DNA of 61,593 nt, the filler included, from Choristocarpus tenellus KU-1152 (lineage: Eukaryota; Protista; Phaeophyceae), in assembly GCA_964200185.2 (NCBI GenBank). It is 11 parts of 11 records of this genome, joined end to end, with 100 filler letters (N's around TTAATTAATTAA, not from the genome) between each part and the next. Parts side by side here need not be neighbours in the genome. Positions count along the whole stretch, not along the records: positions 35,302 to 41,069 come from CAXNAD020009799.1; positions 41,170 to 47,292 come from CAXNAD020008886.1; positions 47,393 to 50,799 come from CAXNAD020020249.1; positions 50,900 to 57,504 come from CAXNAD020007764.1; 7 more parts are not named here. One strand, given 5' to 3'. Position 1 is the stretch's first letter. Each line of letters opens with the position of its first letter. Shown in pieces: positions 37,547 to 51,057 of the stretch. The notes beneath the pieces were generated by a model. It was not told the origin of the DNA, made no database searches, and saw nothing but the letters and a program-made list of their open reading frames with translations. Position numbers and translations under genes: made by a program.

Positions 37547-39980
37547 GATGAGAGGCAGGGGGGATATGAGCCTTCTCATGCTTACCTTGTACTGGTAGTA
37601 GTAGTGAAGATGCAGAGGAAAACACACTGGGAACAGCTAGAAAGGACTACAATAGCTCTCCCCTTGCATGCCTTGGTTTGGGATCATAAGAATCCCAATG
37701 TGATGAGGTTTTTTGGTCTGTGGTGATGAGTCTTTGGCGACAAGTAGGTTTTAATCTTGGTCCCACTGGAGAATGCATTGCTTTGTTGTAGGCAAGGGAG
37801 GAGGATAGAACTCAGTGGAAGACAATGGGGGAGAGTTCTTTGTTTATTGTATTTAGGATTCACATCAGGCAGGGATCACAGATGAGTGGGTAGAGAAGAG
37901 GAGTGCTTGTAGGTCTCCTTTAATGTTGTTGCTATTATTTGGAATATACACCCAAAATTCACCCTTGAACCACCACGGCTAAAGCTAGTAGTAGTAGAAA
38001 CTAGAATGTCAGTCTGGTATTTATATACCCAAATTTGCTCCTCAGTAGTATATACTATCATCCTATTTTGTGTAGAGCTCCATTGTTCTAGGGTGTGCAA
38101 TGTAATATGAAGAACATCGCTTCGGTCCTATCATCATCTATGTTTGGTAAAAGGATGATTATTGATGAACTTAGAGGTCTGTCCCCCGACCTCCCCCAAA
38201 TCTTACAAGGTACTATGGATTGTGTAGGGTGGGTAGGAGCCGCTTCTTCTATTTTTTCTTCTTTCTTGCACGACTTTTGTGTGACTTTTTCCCTTCCCAT
38301 TCACACGTTTTTTAATTTTTTTTTTTATCTTGTAAAACTGGGTCTGTGGGCAACAGATCCGATGACTTCTTGTGATTGTGAGAAATATTGCAAGGGGGAT
38401 CATGGTAGTTTAGAAGTGCAAATACCTCTGTGGTACTACCTTGTCAGGGACCTTCATACACACCTTTTTCATTGGCCTGTACCGACTTCCACTGACTGTG
38501 CATGGGTTTCAGTCGAGATCCCTTGGGGTCGATTCTACCTGATGTTGATAAGTATTTGTAATTGGATCTCTGGCAAGTGGTTTGGGCAAATGACTTGTTG
38601 GACCTTTGCTTTTGCTGCAGAGGAGACGCATAGGCGATCTCCTGTAGACTTGTATCACCATTGACTTTGCTGGGGTGACAGTAGGTGCTTCAGAGTGATG
38701 CAAGAATGCCTCCTTAAGGTTGGGATACCCATGGAATATTCGTGAGCTAACAATGAGATAACCACAATCTTGTTTTTTTTTGTGGTTAGTGAGGAGCCTG
38801 ACCCTTCTGCCTCTACCACTCCTTGCTTGGCACGTGCTTAGACAAAAGATTGACACAGACATAACAATCTCTACTCTTGATATGTACTGATCACATTCGA
38901 TAGTACTCAAGAGGAACCAATTTGTGTGAACAACAATTATTACTCTGACATTTTTTTGTTCCGAAACGATATTCCATAGTATATTTGCACAAGATTTCGG
39001 ATTTTTTCTGTCTGGCATGACCAGACCGTTCTCCATGTCGAATGTTATTCAGTACATTAAGCGCTCAGGACCATATCCTTTATCTATATCATGATACCAT
39101 AGATATAGTTTGTATTATGTATACTCCATTCTGTATTGTATTGTTACTCCCTCTGACATTTTGTAGATATATGTGTCAGGGAAAAAAAACAATATAAACT
39201 ATTGATATGTCAGAAGAACTCATATGCCTTCCTGTGCGTCCAACCTAGCTTAGTCCTAGTCGGGGTGAGGAACTAGGGAAGCATCCTAGTATGTATTGTT
39301 TAACAAAAATGGGTTCTGTCATGAGGTTTTTATACGTTGTTAGTTATCGCGTAGTAGGAACATTCGTGATCGTGGAATGAATATATCTGACAGACACGAA
39401 TACTTCACCGTACAAAACCACTCCACAGGCATTTTCTTACACTAATATCAATAGCGTAGTGCAATGACACATTGAGAACACTTAATGGTGGCAGCACTCT
39501 GTGTGTGTACCCTTTTGGAGAAGATGCGCTGCACACATACATGTTCAAGCGTGTAGGAGTGTAAGGAGAGAAGCTATTCAATCATCTACTTTCTAAAAAG
39601 CATGTTGTAGTAGAAAACATCATTAGATAGATGCTGTAAGATTTTCAGAATCACGAAAGGTGTGTACAGAGGCAAACATAAGAATCATGGTAAAGTATGG
39701 AACTTGATTGCTGGATTAGTAAATCTTAGATATGGAGAATCTATGATTTAAATCCATAACTGGATACGTCGTGAATGCTACTTTCTTAACCATTCTATGC
39801 AGTCCACTATTTAGTTTGTTAATTTTAAAGATAATTGAGTATATCTCTAATTGGCTGTATCATCAAGTGTTTTATTGGAATTTAACCTGGTCTATTTCAC
39901 TGTAAGAGTGAGTGCTCCTACTACTATGTAGAAGCATGTAAGTATGATTTGTGAAAGATACTGTATTGATGTTATCCAGT

Positions 39981-40249
39981 TTGTCAAATTAAATAAAGGA
40001 GAAGTATCCAGAGTTGCCATTTAAGGATGCTTACAAATATATGTACAAAATTGGGGTTTATTTACAAATGAGTGTAGGACACTTTCTGAATTCTGTACGA
40101 AAGTATCGAACAATATATAAATCAACGCTATCAAGTCAAACTTAGAACCTACCTAATCCATGGAAATATGGGTGAATTACGACAGATCAAAAGACTGACT
40201 TCAAATGCAAAACGGGCAAAACCTGGGTACCTCCCGTTTAATTTCACTC
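39981..40249 (+). mobile_element. MITE family C copy (degenerate left end)
   Basis: Colinear with 11018-11277 and 61208-61466. Right end reads GGTACCTCCCGTTTAATTTCACTC. Confidence 0.75.
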
Positions 40250-41235
40250 AGTGAAACATATTCAACATTCTACCACAATAGTATAATAAAGCAATACATG
40301 TCAACGCTTGATAATGGTTTATGTTATTCCGTGTACATCATCACCAGTTTTATAGGGAAACATTTGGAACCTCTTACCGCTACTACTGCACATTATCAAG
40401 GACAACACTTACTTGGAGTCTATTTCCCCCACAATGTACCTTGTGCAAGAGATTCGTTGAGTCCCTTTCCCACACACGCATGATATGTATTGCACCTTAT
40501 CCAGGACAAATTCTAGGGCCCCATTTCCTCCAAGAGGTGCATGTTTTCAAGATGAAACTCGGAATCTGTTTCTTCATTAACCCCACACTCTTCAAGACTA
40601 CACCTGGGATACATTTCCTTCCACGACGGATGTTGTCCAGAGCAACACTTGGAGAGACCATTGCATCTTCAGTGCAAATTGTGCCATTATTTGATGAGTC
40701 GTGCGTTGTCTGAGATGTGGTACATATATATGCTACGCTGGTGTTCTCTCGATCAAAGGAAGAAAAATGAGGTCGAGGTAGCTTCAGAATAGTTCAATGT
40801 CGGATATTGCAGTGGTCAGGAATACCTACACAATATGTTAGATACACTATGAACTTTTTTTTTCCGGAAGGTGTTCTAAGCCTAAGTGTGTTAAGCCTTT
40901 CTTCCCTTCTTTCCTTCTCTTTCACCTTCACAAGGAGTGCGTTGTGTCCTTTATGTGCTATTAAGTTCATTTGACTAATCTCAAAGCTTGAAAATGTACT
41001 TATCAACTAACAGCCTCTCAGCAAAATTGAGGATGGAGCATACCATGGAGGATGAGTTTGACCCAAAATNNNNNNNNNNNNNNNNNNNNNNNNNNNNNNN
41101 NNNNNNNNNNNNNTTAATTAATTAANNNNNNNNNNNNNNNNNNNNNNNNNNNNNNNNNNNNNNNNNNNNACATCCAAAGCCTATCCAAATCGCGACTCAC
41201 AAGCAACACTTACACCTTTATCACCTTTCACCACG

Positions 41236-41269
<34 letters not shown>

Positions 41270-41691
41270 CACACTACCACTTCCAGCCAAATAATGTTCT
41301 GGTTTTTGATTCAACATGGGGGAGAAAGCAAGTACCATGCAGTTTCCTTGAGTGTGTGTGTGTGTGAATAGAATGTGTTGTGATATAGATCTTCCTCCGA
41401 CGGGTCGGTCAAGTGTTTGGATTTTTTTTTTTCTTTTTGTGAATGTTCACTGTAGAGCTACACGTACTATCTGTTCACCATAGAGCTACACATGTATATA
41501 TATGTGTACTCGAGGTGCACTAGGTAGTATATACCACAAATCACTAGGTAGTATATACCACAAATCCTCTCAAAACAAACAACACAACACAACACATACC
41601 ACTCATGACCATATATATGATGTAAGCCTCCATACTACTGTCCCCCCTCCCCTCCCCTCCCACTCCCTCTCCAATGTGCTCTCCTCCTTAC

Positions 41692-44600
41692 CTCTCTGCA
41701 TCCGCCTGGGCTCTGCTGTACCGGGCCTCCATCTCAATTACTTCTGTCCTTGCCACAGACATTCCTGCCCTCAGCCCCTCCACCTCTGACTCCAGTCCCT
41801 CGAGTCCTGCGCTACGCTGAGAGAGGCGTGCAGAGAGCCGGTTCACTTCATCGCGAGCACTAACAGCCTTTTTGTTTGGGGAGAACCAGTTGGATGGGGG
41901 TGGGATGGTTATGTCAGGGATGGAAATCCATGTTGGCATTTTCAGTGACGAGGAGGAGTACTTCAAAATGCATTCTAAGGTTCAGTATTAAATGACTTTT
42001 ATGTACTACTGTTTTGTTTTGTTTTTTGGGGAGGGGGAGGGAGAAGTCATTATTAGGATGGCATGTAGGCAACTGTGACTACTGTGTTACTGCCGCAGCA
42101 TCAAGTTGGTATTACTGTTAACTTTTTTTTTCTTATACCTTTACCTCACCACACACAGCAACAAAAAAAAAAGGGTTGAGAATCTTCGTAACAATGGCAA
42201 GAATAATTATTACTATGTATTGCTATCATCCTAACAACCTCGCCTTGGGGCAATAAACACCACTTCTCTATGTTTAGACCTTCACCCTATAACCCCGAGC
42301 TGTCTTGTTATTCTCCGCCTTTGTCGGAGACCGCTTCTGTTTCCCGGTGCCATACAACATCAACATCAACATCAACATCAAGCGATACGCGCGCAGCCGC
42401 ATCTGTAACGCGTCCCGTACCATAGCATCTCAGAAAAAACAACAACAACAACAACAAGCGCCGGCTATTAGTAAGTAAGACAGACACCCCCAGTAGAGAA
42501 GAAGATCGAATGAGAGTGGCGGTGAGGGTGTTGCAGCAGCATTCAACGTGTTCAATGTGCGCAGTAGTAGATCCTCTCCCCTAAGGCCAAAACGAGCGCA
42601 GGCAGGCAGTACAGTAAGAAAAGTTGCAATGATAATGGTTGACAGACATCTCCATCTCCATCTCCAAGTTGGAACAATCTCCTTTCAGGTGTTGACAGAC
42701 ATCTCCCAACCTTCAAAGTTAGATAGCCTTTCACAGAACCCTAGCCCTGACCGACTCAACGGCAAGGTTTCAGCCCCCCCCCCGCCAGCAACTAGTTTGA
42801 GGTAGCAAAAAAAAAGAAGAATATTATTATTATTATTGCTAATAATAATAATAATAATAACAATAATAATAGTGATAGGTTGGACCAAGAAAAAACTCAA
42901 AAACTCAAAAAAATAAATCGACTGGAATGTGTGGGAACACCAGTTATTCATCTCACTCTGTAAAAAAAAGAAAAAGAAAAAGAAAAAGGCAAGCGTCTTT
43001 TCAAAGTCAACCGCAACACCTGCACACCCTACTTGTTTATCCCCCCTTGTCTCTACAACTCTACTACAATAAAAAAAAAACCCATCAGTTAGTAAATACC
43101 TTTCTTCAATATTCTAGGGCAGCATACACACATGCATATATGCATAAATATGTAAGTATTATTATACTTCATTCAAATGAAAAGTAACTCTTCCGTTCTT
43201 TGTCGCATTGGACACCGGAATATTAAAAATTGATATACATAGAGATTCTCTAACCACAGGTGTCCACCCTATATCACGAGGCTACTACTCTGAAAAGGAT
43301 TGGTTTCTTAAAAGTACAATTACTCTACAGCATACATACTATGTTACTATGTACATTTGTGCATACTACCAGGGAAGCAAATTCAGCCATAAAATTGGCA
43401 ACCCAAAGATTCAAAGGACGAATCCAAGATTCAAAGGATGAATCCAAGATTCAAAGGATGAATCCAAGATTTCCACCAACCAGATACGGCGGGATCAGCT
43501 GATTGGTATGATGCTACAAGTCATACCCCACTAATATACATGTGTATCAACAACAATATACATATACATACTAGTGATACATGAGGGGGGACTGATACAC
43601 TGTAAGATTTCAAAAGGAGCATACTTCTTGTAGAGGTAGGTGTGTTCGCACTGACGACAACTGTTATTATTATCACTATTATTATTACAGAAGTCCTTGC
43701 AACATAGTCTTGGTGTTTCCAACCACACGTTTGCAAAATGTCAGAGGGTATAGCAATATATACGTCTATGTGGTGTTGTTCCCATGCTGGGGCATACTCA
43801 TACACTGGCTCAGCTTCCTATCAGGACAGAGGCCTCCTTCTGGACATGGCATTTTGTAGAGGTTCAAGCAGCCTGTTGCTTGCAGCATTCATTCACCAGC
43901 AGATGGTGTAGCTGTTGCTGCAGCTGAGGCGTGAAAGTGTACACACTATGAGGGGTTCTCTTGGCCCTCGTAGTTTTATTCTCAACCCCTTCGTGGCGGA
44001 AAATGTTTTGGGCGGCTCGGAAAGTAAACAGAGATTTTCTTGGATGAGTTGGCCACCCATACCGTAGCGGGGAGAGGGGATGGAGGATATATGATAGGGA
44101 AGAGGCTGTCAAGTCCCGCTTGAAGCAGATAGCACTTGTTACTGCAAGAGTGAGTCTCTTGAAATGCATCATGGGTTTCAAGCTAGAGGTACCAGGAAGG
44201 GGGCCTCACGGATTCCATGGGTCTTCTCCCACATTTGTAGGGCTAAGCTGGGCTGGAAACGTAGCAGCATCCACATTTCCCTGTAGCAAATGACCTTAAA
44301 GGGTACATCATTGTGTTGTTAGTTTTCAAATTGTAGATATGATTTAAGAGAGGTCTAAATCATTGACAACTAATATATGTTGACAGTTGTCATTAATGCA
44401 AAAGATAAAATACTATATCACATATCACATATCTCAACACCTTTGTGGTGGAAAGTTTTGGGCACCTCAGAAAGCATGCAGAAATTTTTCTAGGATGAGT
44501 TAGCCACACACGCAGTAGGGGGGAGAGGGGCGGGAGGATACTGTAGGAAAGGAGCTGTCAAGTCTCATTTGAGACAGATTGTATCTGTCATTTCACAAGA

Positions 44601-45871
44601 GTCTCTCTCGACGCGAGTCATGCGTTTCAAGCTAGAGACACCAGAAGGGGCCTGCAGATCCTTGGGATCTTCCTTAGCTCCTCGTTTAACTTTATAGGTC
44701 TAAGCTAGGTCAGAGGCTGAGCAGCAGTGTATACATTATATTGTTGTAGTTACCAATCTTTGAAGGGAGAAATGTCATGTCAGTTTTCAAATACAACTTT
44801 TTTGGGAGAGGAATCTTTTGCATTGGAAACAACTGCTATTATTACAGAAGTCCTTGTGATATGGTTTTTCCCTGCCACATCTCCAAAATGTCACAGGGTA
44901 TAAGACTATGTTTCACTGCATGCTACTCTAATTGTACATACGTTATCACAATCCATTTACTATTCAACACTAGTACATAGTCTTTTCATGCTGATGTCTT
45001 AGTTGTATGTGAAAGTGAACTATCAATTTTTTGTGTAGGATGGATCATAGTACCTAGACTACAGAATAATTGTATCCAGAATTACACCTTAAATGGAACT
45101 TTTTTATTTTTTATTCTAATCAACGTGTTCATTTCTTTTTCAATTATTAGATTCAAATTATTGTTTTGAATTAAAGATTATGATATTTAGTTCTTATCAA
45201 TAATTTCAAATATTTTCAATTATTTGATTCTTGTGATTATTTTCAATCAAACATTTTATTTTTTCGGTTTTATTAATGGGTCGAAAATTTTCAATTATTG
45301 GATTCTAAAGAATATTTCGAATTTTGAAATTATTCCTATCTAATCATTATTTTGAAATTATTCCTTTCCTATCTAACCAATATTTTGAAAATTTTCAACT
45401 ATTCAACTCTAATGAAAACTTGTGAAATTTCATATGTATATGTCTGTTTCATCTGAGAGTGCACTACCATATTTTGTGTAGGATGGATCATAATAATACA
45501 TACTGTAAAAGCAATTGAATCGACAGTTACACTTGAATTTGAAATAATTTTTTCCATTAATTGATGCTAATTGATAGTTTGAATCTACAGAAAATTCTGA
45601 AACGTCGTGCATATCTTTCTTGTATCTGAAAATATACCATGGTATTTTGTGCATAGGATAATATTACATACTATACAACCAATTGCACCTAGAATTCCAC
45701 CTAAAATCTAGTTTTTATATAGTTTGATTCTGAGGAATAGTTTGCACTAAGGATTCCTATTCATTGATTCTATTTTTGTACCTTTCGCTCCTCGCTAAGA
45801 AGCCGATCGGTGAGACTTGCCACCTGCAACCTCAGCTCTCGCACTTCTTCCAGCCTCTCCTCTACCTGACC
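41692..45871 (-). CDS. Coiled-coil protein fragment (exons 45871-45782 and 41867-41692; others may lie between)
   Basis: AG/GT-bounded exons GQVEERLEEVRELRLQVASLTDRLLSEERK and AVSARDEVNRLSARLSQRSAGLEGLESEVEGLRAGMSVARTEVIEMEARYSRAQADAE, with a heptad pattern and compatible phase 0. Confidence 0.6.
43403..43471. repeat. 20-bp tandem repeat CCAAGATTCAAAGGA(T/C)GAAT, about 3.5 copies
   Basis: Directly visible in the sequence. Confidence 0.85.
43980..44730. repeat. Diverged direct duplication of about 300 bp (43980-44280 vs 44432-44730)
   Basis: Shared blocks in the same order: TCTCAAC..TGGxGGAAA, GGATGAGTTxGCCAC, GCTGTCAAGTC, GTTTCAAGCTAGAG. Confidence 0.75.
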
Positions 45872-47026
45872 CTGAGTTGTGAAGTGGGTTGTGGTGTGAG
45901 CATGGAGTATGAAGGGATGCTGAAAAATACATGGAAACATGTTGGTATATGAACTGTTAAGTTCTTCCTGTGGGTGGACACGAACATGGGGGAATAAACT
46001 CTCTTCTCTCATTCCGCTCTTGCATGTATGGGATAGCACAGAGTGGCAGACACATGATTTCTTCAAGAAACCTGAGAAATAGTGTAGTGCGATATCTTCA
46101 ACTCTCTGGTTGAGAAGGAACGATCTGTACCAACAATAGTGGAAACAAAGAGGGATGTGGTCACAAATCGTTGTATTATAGTAAAATAGTACACTGTTAC
46201 AAAAAAAAAAAAACACTATCTAAAATTACTTACGCAAAAAAAAATATCTCAACCTCCATCAACAACACAACACTAAACCAGGGGCGAAAACATAGCCCAA
46301 AAAATGCACAGCCCGCCGATTCTGAGAAAAAATCGGAGATTGCTGTCAAATGTTCCAGGGGATCGATGGTTCTGTGTAAAGTGTACCAATGACAGCATGA
46401 GCCGGTTCATACCATTGTCGGTATAAGCTTGGTTCGTACTGTTGTGGGCTCTTCCAAATCCCCTGGCACAAAGACGTGCATGTGAATGAACCAAACGGTT
46501 GTGGGGACACCATCCCCAAACAAAGGCACTTCTTGGACAATCGTTTCTGTTCAAAACAGGAGTTTCGAAACATCGCATATATTGCCAACCCTTAGAATAA
46601 ATAAAAAGAAGCAAACCAAAGCACACATGTGTCCCCTTCAAGGAAGCAGATGTGTAAGCCCCACCCTTCATCAAAGCAAGTTCCACCGAGAAGACAAGCA
46701 CAGATGGTAAAAATGCTTCTAGAGCAGATCCTCCCTCCCCGTAGAACACACCACTCCACTCCATCACTTCTCACGTGCATGTATGCACCCATCCCTCCCC
46801 CTTCCAATCCCTCACTTTTTGCGGGAGTTTCCCCTCTTTCTACTACTCCATATACTCCATATACTCCATAGACTCCATATACTCCGAAGTATAGAATTAA
46901 AAAAAAGTATATTATTATTTTATATCCCTGTAACAGATTATTGCGATGTTATTTCATTTAACTCTTTACAAATAACTGTACTCATCTTTGAGACATCCCT
47001 TCTGGCACAAACAAACACACACAAAT

Positions 47027-47083
<57 letters not shown>

Positions 47084-47272
47084 ATTCCATACACCATACA
47101 ATACACTAATTCCAGATAAAGCACACCTCCATTTCCTCTTCTGTATCTTATCTTCAAGTCAAGGTACTCTAGAGGAAGGTGGATTTTTTCCATTTTATTG
47201 TTTATCCAAAAAAGGGCTCTACACATGTGATGCCTGACACCTCATTTTCTTCATGGACCCAAATTCAGATAA

Positions 47273-47292
47273 GGCTCCAAGTATCTGGGGGG
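47273..47292. mobile_element. MITE family B terminus at contig end
   Basis: GGCTCCAAGTATCTGGGGGG. Confidence 0.7.
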
Positions 47293-47392
47293 NNNNNNNN
47301 NNNNNNNNNNNNNNNNNNNNNNNNNNNNNNNNNNNNTTAATTAATTAANNNNNNNNNNNNNNNNNNNNNNNNNNNNNNNNNNNNNNNNNNNN

Positions 47393-47457
47393 AATCGCGA
47401 CATGAAAAAATTGACCCCAAATGGACAGCCGCCACCCCCTCACAGATAATTTGAGCC
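47393..47457 (-). mobile_element. MITE family B, partial, at contig start
   Basis: AATCGCGACATGAAAAAATTGACCCCAAATGGACAGCCG...CAGATAATTTGAGCC is nearly identical to 57751-57815. Confidence 0.88.
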
Positions 47458-47889
47458 TGTTCTCCTGGTGTACGTGCTAGCACATGGCATAGGATCTCTC
47501 AATCGGCAAGGATGGAAGTACTTAATGACCAACAAGAGGGTCGGGGGGATATGAATCGGGTGCATAAGACCATGGAAAGCTTGTTTTTGGTAGAAGAAGG
47601 AATGTGATATTTTGAACAAATGTCTTGCTGAAGGATTTCGTAAATATGTGAGGTCACTCCTCATTTGTATATTTAATTGAGTCTTTCGCTCGTGTTTATG
47701 TGCACAAATATTCACCAAAATGCACTATCAGGTAACTTTCTTGGACGAATTCGGCCAGTCCGCAAGGAAACCATTAAAAAGTTCTTAAACACCTTGACAG
47801 GCGCTTATGTGTATGGTATCTGATACTTGGTCCTACGTATCTATACAATGCGGGGACCTTTCATGCATCCTGTGTAGGCAAATATATTA

Positions 47890-48222
47890 TCTCAAGTACT
47901 TCAAAATAGTACTTGTATAATTTTTCAATTTCTGAGATCTTTTTCGAACTTCACCATGGCTAGACTTTTTAGAACCTTTAAAAAGTCTTGAATTCCGTTT
48001 GATAAGAAAAATGAGTGATCATTTTTCTCCCTCTCTCACTTGATCTACTGTCTTTAGTCTCAAGTACTCCAAAATAATACTGTGTAACTTTTCAACATTT
48101 AACATCTTTTTTAAACTCTACCATGGGCTAGCCTTTTTAGAACCTTAAAAAAGCCTCGAATTCCGTTTGATACGAAAAAACGAGTGAACATTTCTCTCTC
48201 TCTCACTTGATCTACTGTCTTT
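47890..48222. repeat. Tandem duplication of about 166 bp (47890-48055, 48058-48222)
   Basis: Both units run TCTCAAGTACT...GAATTCCGTTTGATA...CTCTCTCACTTGATCTACTGTCTTT. Confidence 0.9.
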
Positions 48223-50899
48223 GAGAACACGTGAACCTTCCTATATTACATACCCTGTAAGTCTTTTGTTGATTCATCAACATTCCGAATATAAGACATG
48301 TATGCTGAGTCTCAACACCAAGACGGGGGAGATCTTCATAGACTGATCTCCTTTTGTGTGTACGTTTTAGGCATTTACTGCATTATTAGGGTGTGACTTG
48401 AGCTAGAGAAGAAGTTCCCATGTATTGACATTCTGTTGTCATTGTTGTGCCTTCTTCTACACATAGTTTGGAAATATCAGTATATATATATATACTGTCA
48501 CTGTTCTCCTCCGAAGAATAGCAGAATAAACTATTTACTTTTTAAGGGGGAACATACAAGCATGACTTGCTATTCTTCACTCACTGTGGAGGATATTTTA
48601 AATGAAAAAATCACCTGTTCGTTTCATTATATTATTATTTGAAGAAATTATAGGACCTCCCCTTACTACTAAGTTCTGCTCAGTGTGCTGTGGGAGCAGT
48701 ATACTCAGTCTACTATATATACATATTCACGCTCACATCTTTTATGGTATACTCCAGTGGGACGACAGGGACTGCAAGCATACTTACTCTCCCTCTATTT
48801 GAGTAACAGCATTAGTTTTTCATGGCCGTCTATCGACTCTATCACGCCACACCCCCTTCGTACCAAAGAAACCGTTTTTTGGAAACCCTTGCACCATCAG
48901 GTCAGGTAGCTGTTCATTGGTCAAGTATAAGAACATATATACTTGGTGGTACACTTCAAGGTGCGGCGTGTGGCTGTGTAGGGAGCAGTAGTAGTCGTGA
49001 GTTCTGCATCTAGAAGAGACTACTGTATTACGCAACTAAAAAAATAGACAGGGAAATGCTGATCAGTAGTAGTTAATGCACACACACGAACAAGACAGTG
49101 GGTATATCCATACAACTTGAAATAGGTTTACATCAAGCAAGTTTACGCCGCACAAGTAGTGGTAGAAGTGTCCAAGCTAATACCATAACAGGTATTCGCA
49201 ACAAAGTCGTGATCCACAACAGTATAAAACTCCTGTTGCTTGAGGGTTGGATACAGCAACCATATCAAGATGCTTCCTTCATGAACCATCCAGGCTGGAC
49301 CTGGAAGCTCACTTCTTGTATTCCCTTCTTCCCTCCCCCTTCCACACCTTTTTTCCAAGTCCCTGTGTGAAGACAGCACGATGAAGTTGAAGTATACCAT
49401 GAAGACAAAAAAGCATATTGAAAAACAGTAAAAAAAAAACAGGGTTATGAATGGAGCTGACTCACCACTCTCACCCAAAATGGGCTATCACCATAGATAA
49501 GGAGGACAAACTGAAGTAGTAGGCTTTATGTGCATGTATCACGCGATGATACAATGTACAGGGTGGAAGCTTCCTTCTTGGACTGATGCAACAGTCTCTT
49601 CAAGCCTGTGGAAGAAACAGGAAAGCATCTCAGCTCATGCTCTTTCTCATGTCCCTCACCAACTGTGCCCTAGCAACAACAGCTAACCAGGGATGGGGGA
49701 GACCTCACATACTCCCTAGCCTGGCTTGTGGCAGTGCTAATTATATCAGCAGTGAAGCATAGTTAAGTCTTACTCTGGAGTACCACACCCTAACACTAGT
49801 ACTACTATCGTACTCTACTGCTGAGAAAAAGAAAAATTGACACAGCACACTGAAATCCTTCTACACTTGTAGGTACACCACCAGGCTGACAACAGAAGTA
49901 ACACCTTGACAACAATAAAATCAAAAATAACTACAGTGCATAAAAAGAGGTGTTCCAAGGAAATACGAATCTTTAAACAAAGGCCTAGTGCATTAAAAGA
50001 AGAGGATGCAAGCAACAACGGGTGAGGCAGGAGTCCTTTCTCCTTTCCCTCCTTCTAGGGACACGCTTTCATCACACTCACTGAGGCGAAAACTTATCAT
50101 CTGCTGCCCACTATGGACAGTGTAAATGATGCCTTATTGTGACTGGAGGCTCTCTTTTGGTTTGCAGTTCATACACCTTTCCTCCTACTCAACCGCCCAC
50201 TCCCCCCCCTCATATTATCAACCCTTCCCACCCCCACAGCTGCAATGATATGCAACAACCCATCTACAAGTAAAAACTTACACATGCCATGATAGAAAGC
50301 AGTTGCCTGGGTGGGAGAGGGGGTAGAGTAAGGTGCCCAGCAAAATAGACCAAAATAGAAAATTCACTTGAAAATAAATCAAATAACGAAGGAAGCTATG
50401 GTTCTACATGTACTATAGTACCTGCCTTGAGTGCAGTCCAAGTCTGATGTTCACAATTTCCCTGAAAGCATTTCGAGCCAGGAGCAGTCATTACGCGGTC
50501 AACACTATGACATGCGCAATCTTGTTATCATAGCTTCTTGCCATCTTTGGTGTCCCATAATCCCCCCCAACAAAGAACAGAGACTGTCACAATAGTTAAA
50601 TTGCTCACGCCACTTCTTTCCTACTGTAACAAATACACACTCACACTCACACAATAAAAGGCAGCGCCCTTCGACCGCCAAAGCTCTCCCACCTTCCACA
50701 TACCTCATCCTTGCCCCACAAATGCATACAAAACCTTGCCTATTGCTTGAGCGGCTGACCCCTACCACCCTACACCCCACGGCAAAGATATCCCCAGATN
50801 NNNNNNNNNNNNNNNNNNNNNNNNNNNNNNNNNNNNNNNNNNNTTAATTAATTAANNNNNNNNNNNNNNNNNNNNNNNNNNNNNNNNNNNNNNNNNNNN

Positions 50900-51057
50900 G
50901 GTCTACACCAGGGTGTCTATTTGGTCCCTGACCAGGAAAAGTGCACTTACATTATTATCCATCCGACACATGCAATCCAAGTCACCCAAAAATCGCGATA
51001 TGGAAAAAGTGGGCCCATAATGGACAGCCGCTACCCCCCCCCCCGAATATTTGAGGC
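50900..51057 (-). mobile_element. MITE family B, partial, at contig start
   Basis: Colinear with 57666-57815 and with the reverse complement of 60461-60641. Confidence 0.88.

Noticed and set aside
49145-50461. Possible small minus-strand exons (EIVNIRLGLHSRQ; LEETVASVQEGSFHP; PAWMVHEGSILI...)
   Set aside because: The phases do not chain and no family motif is recognised, so support is insufficient.
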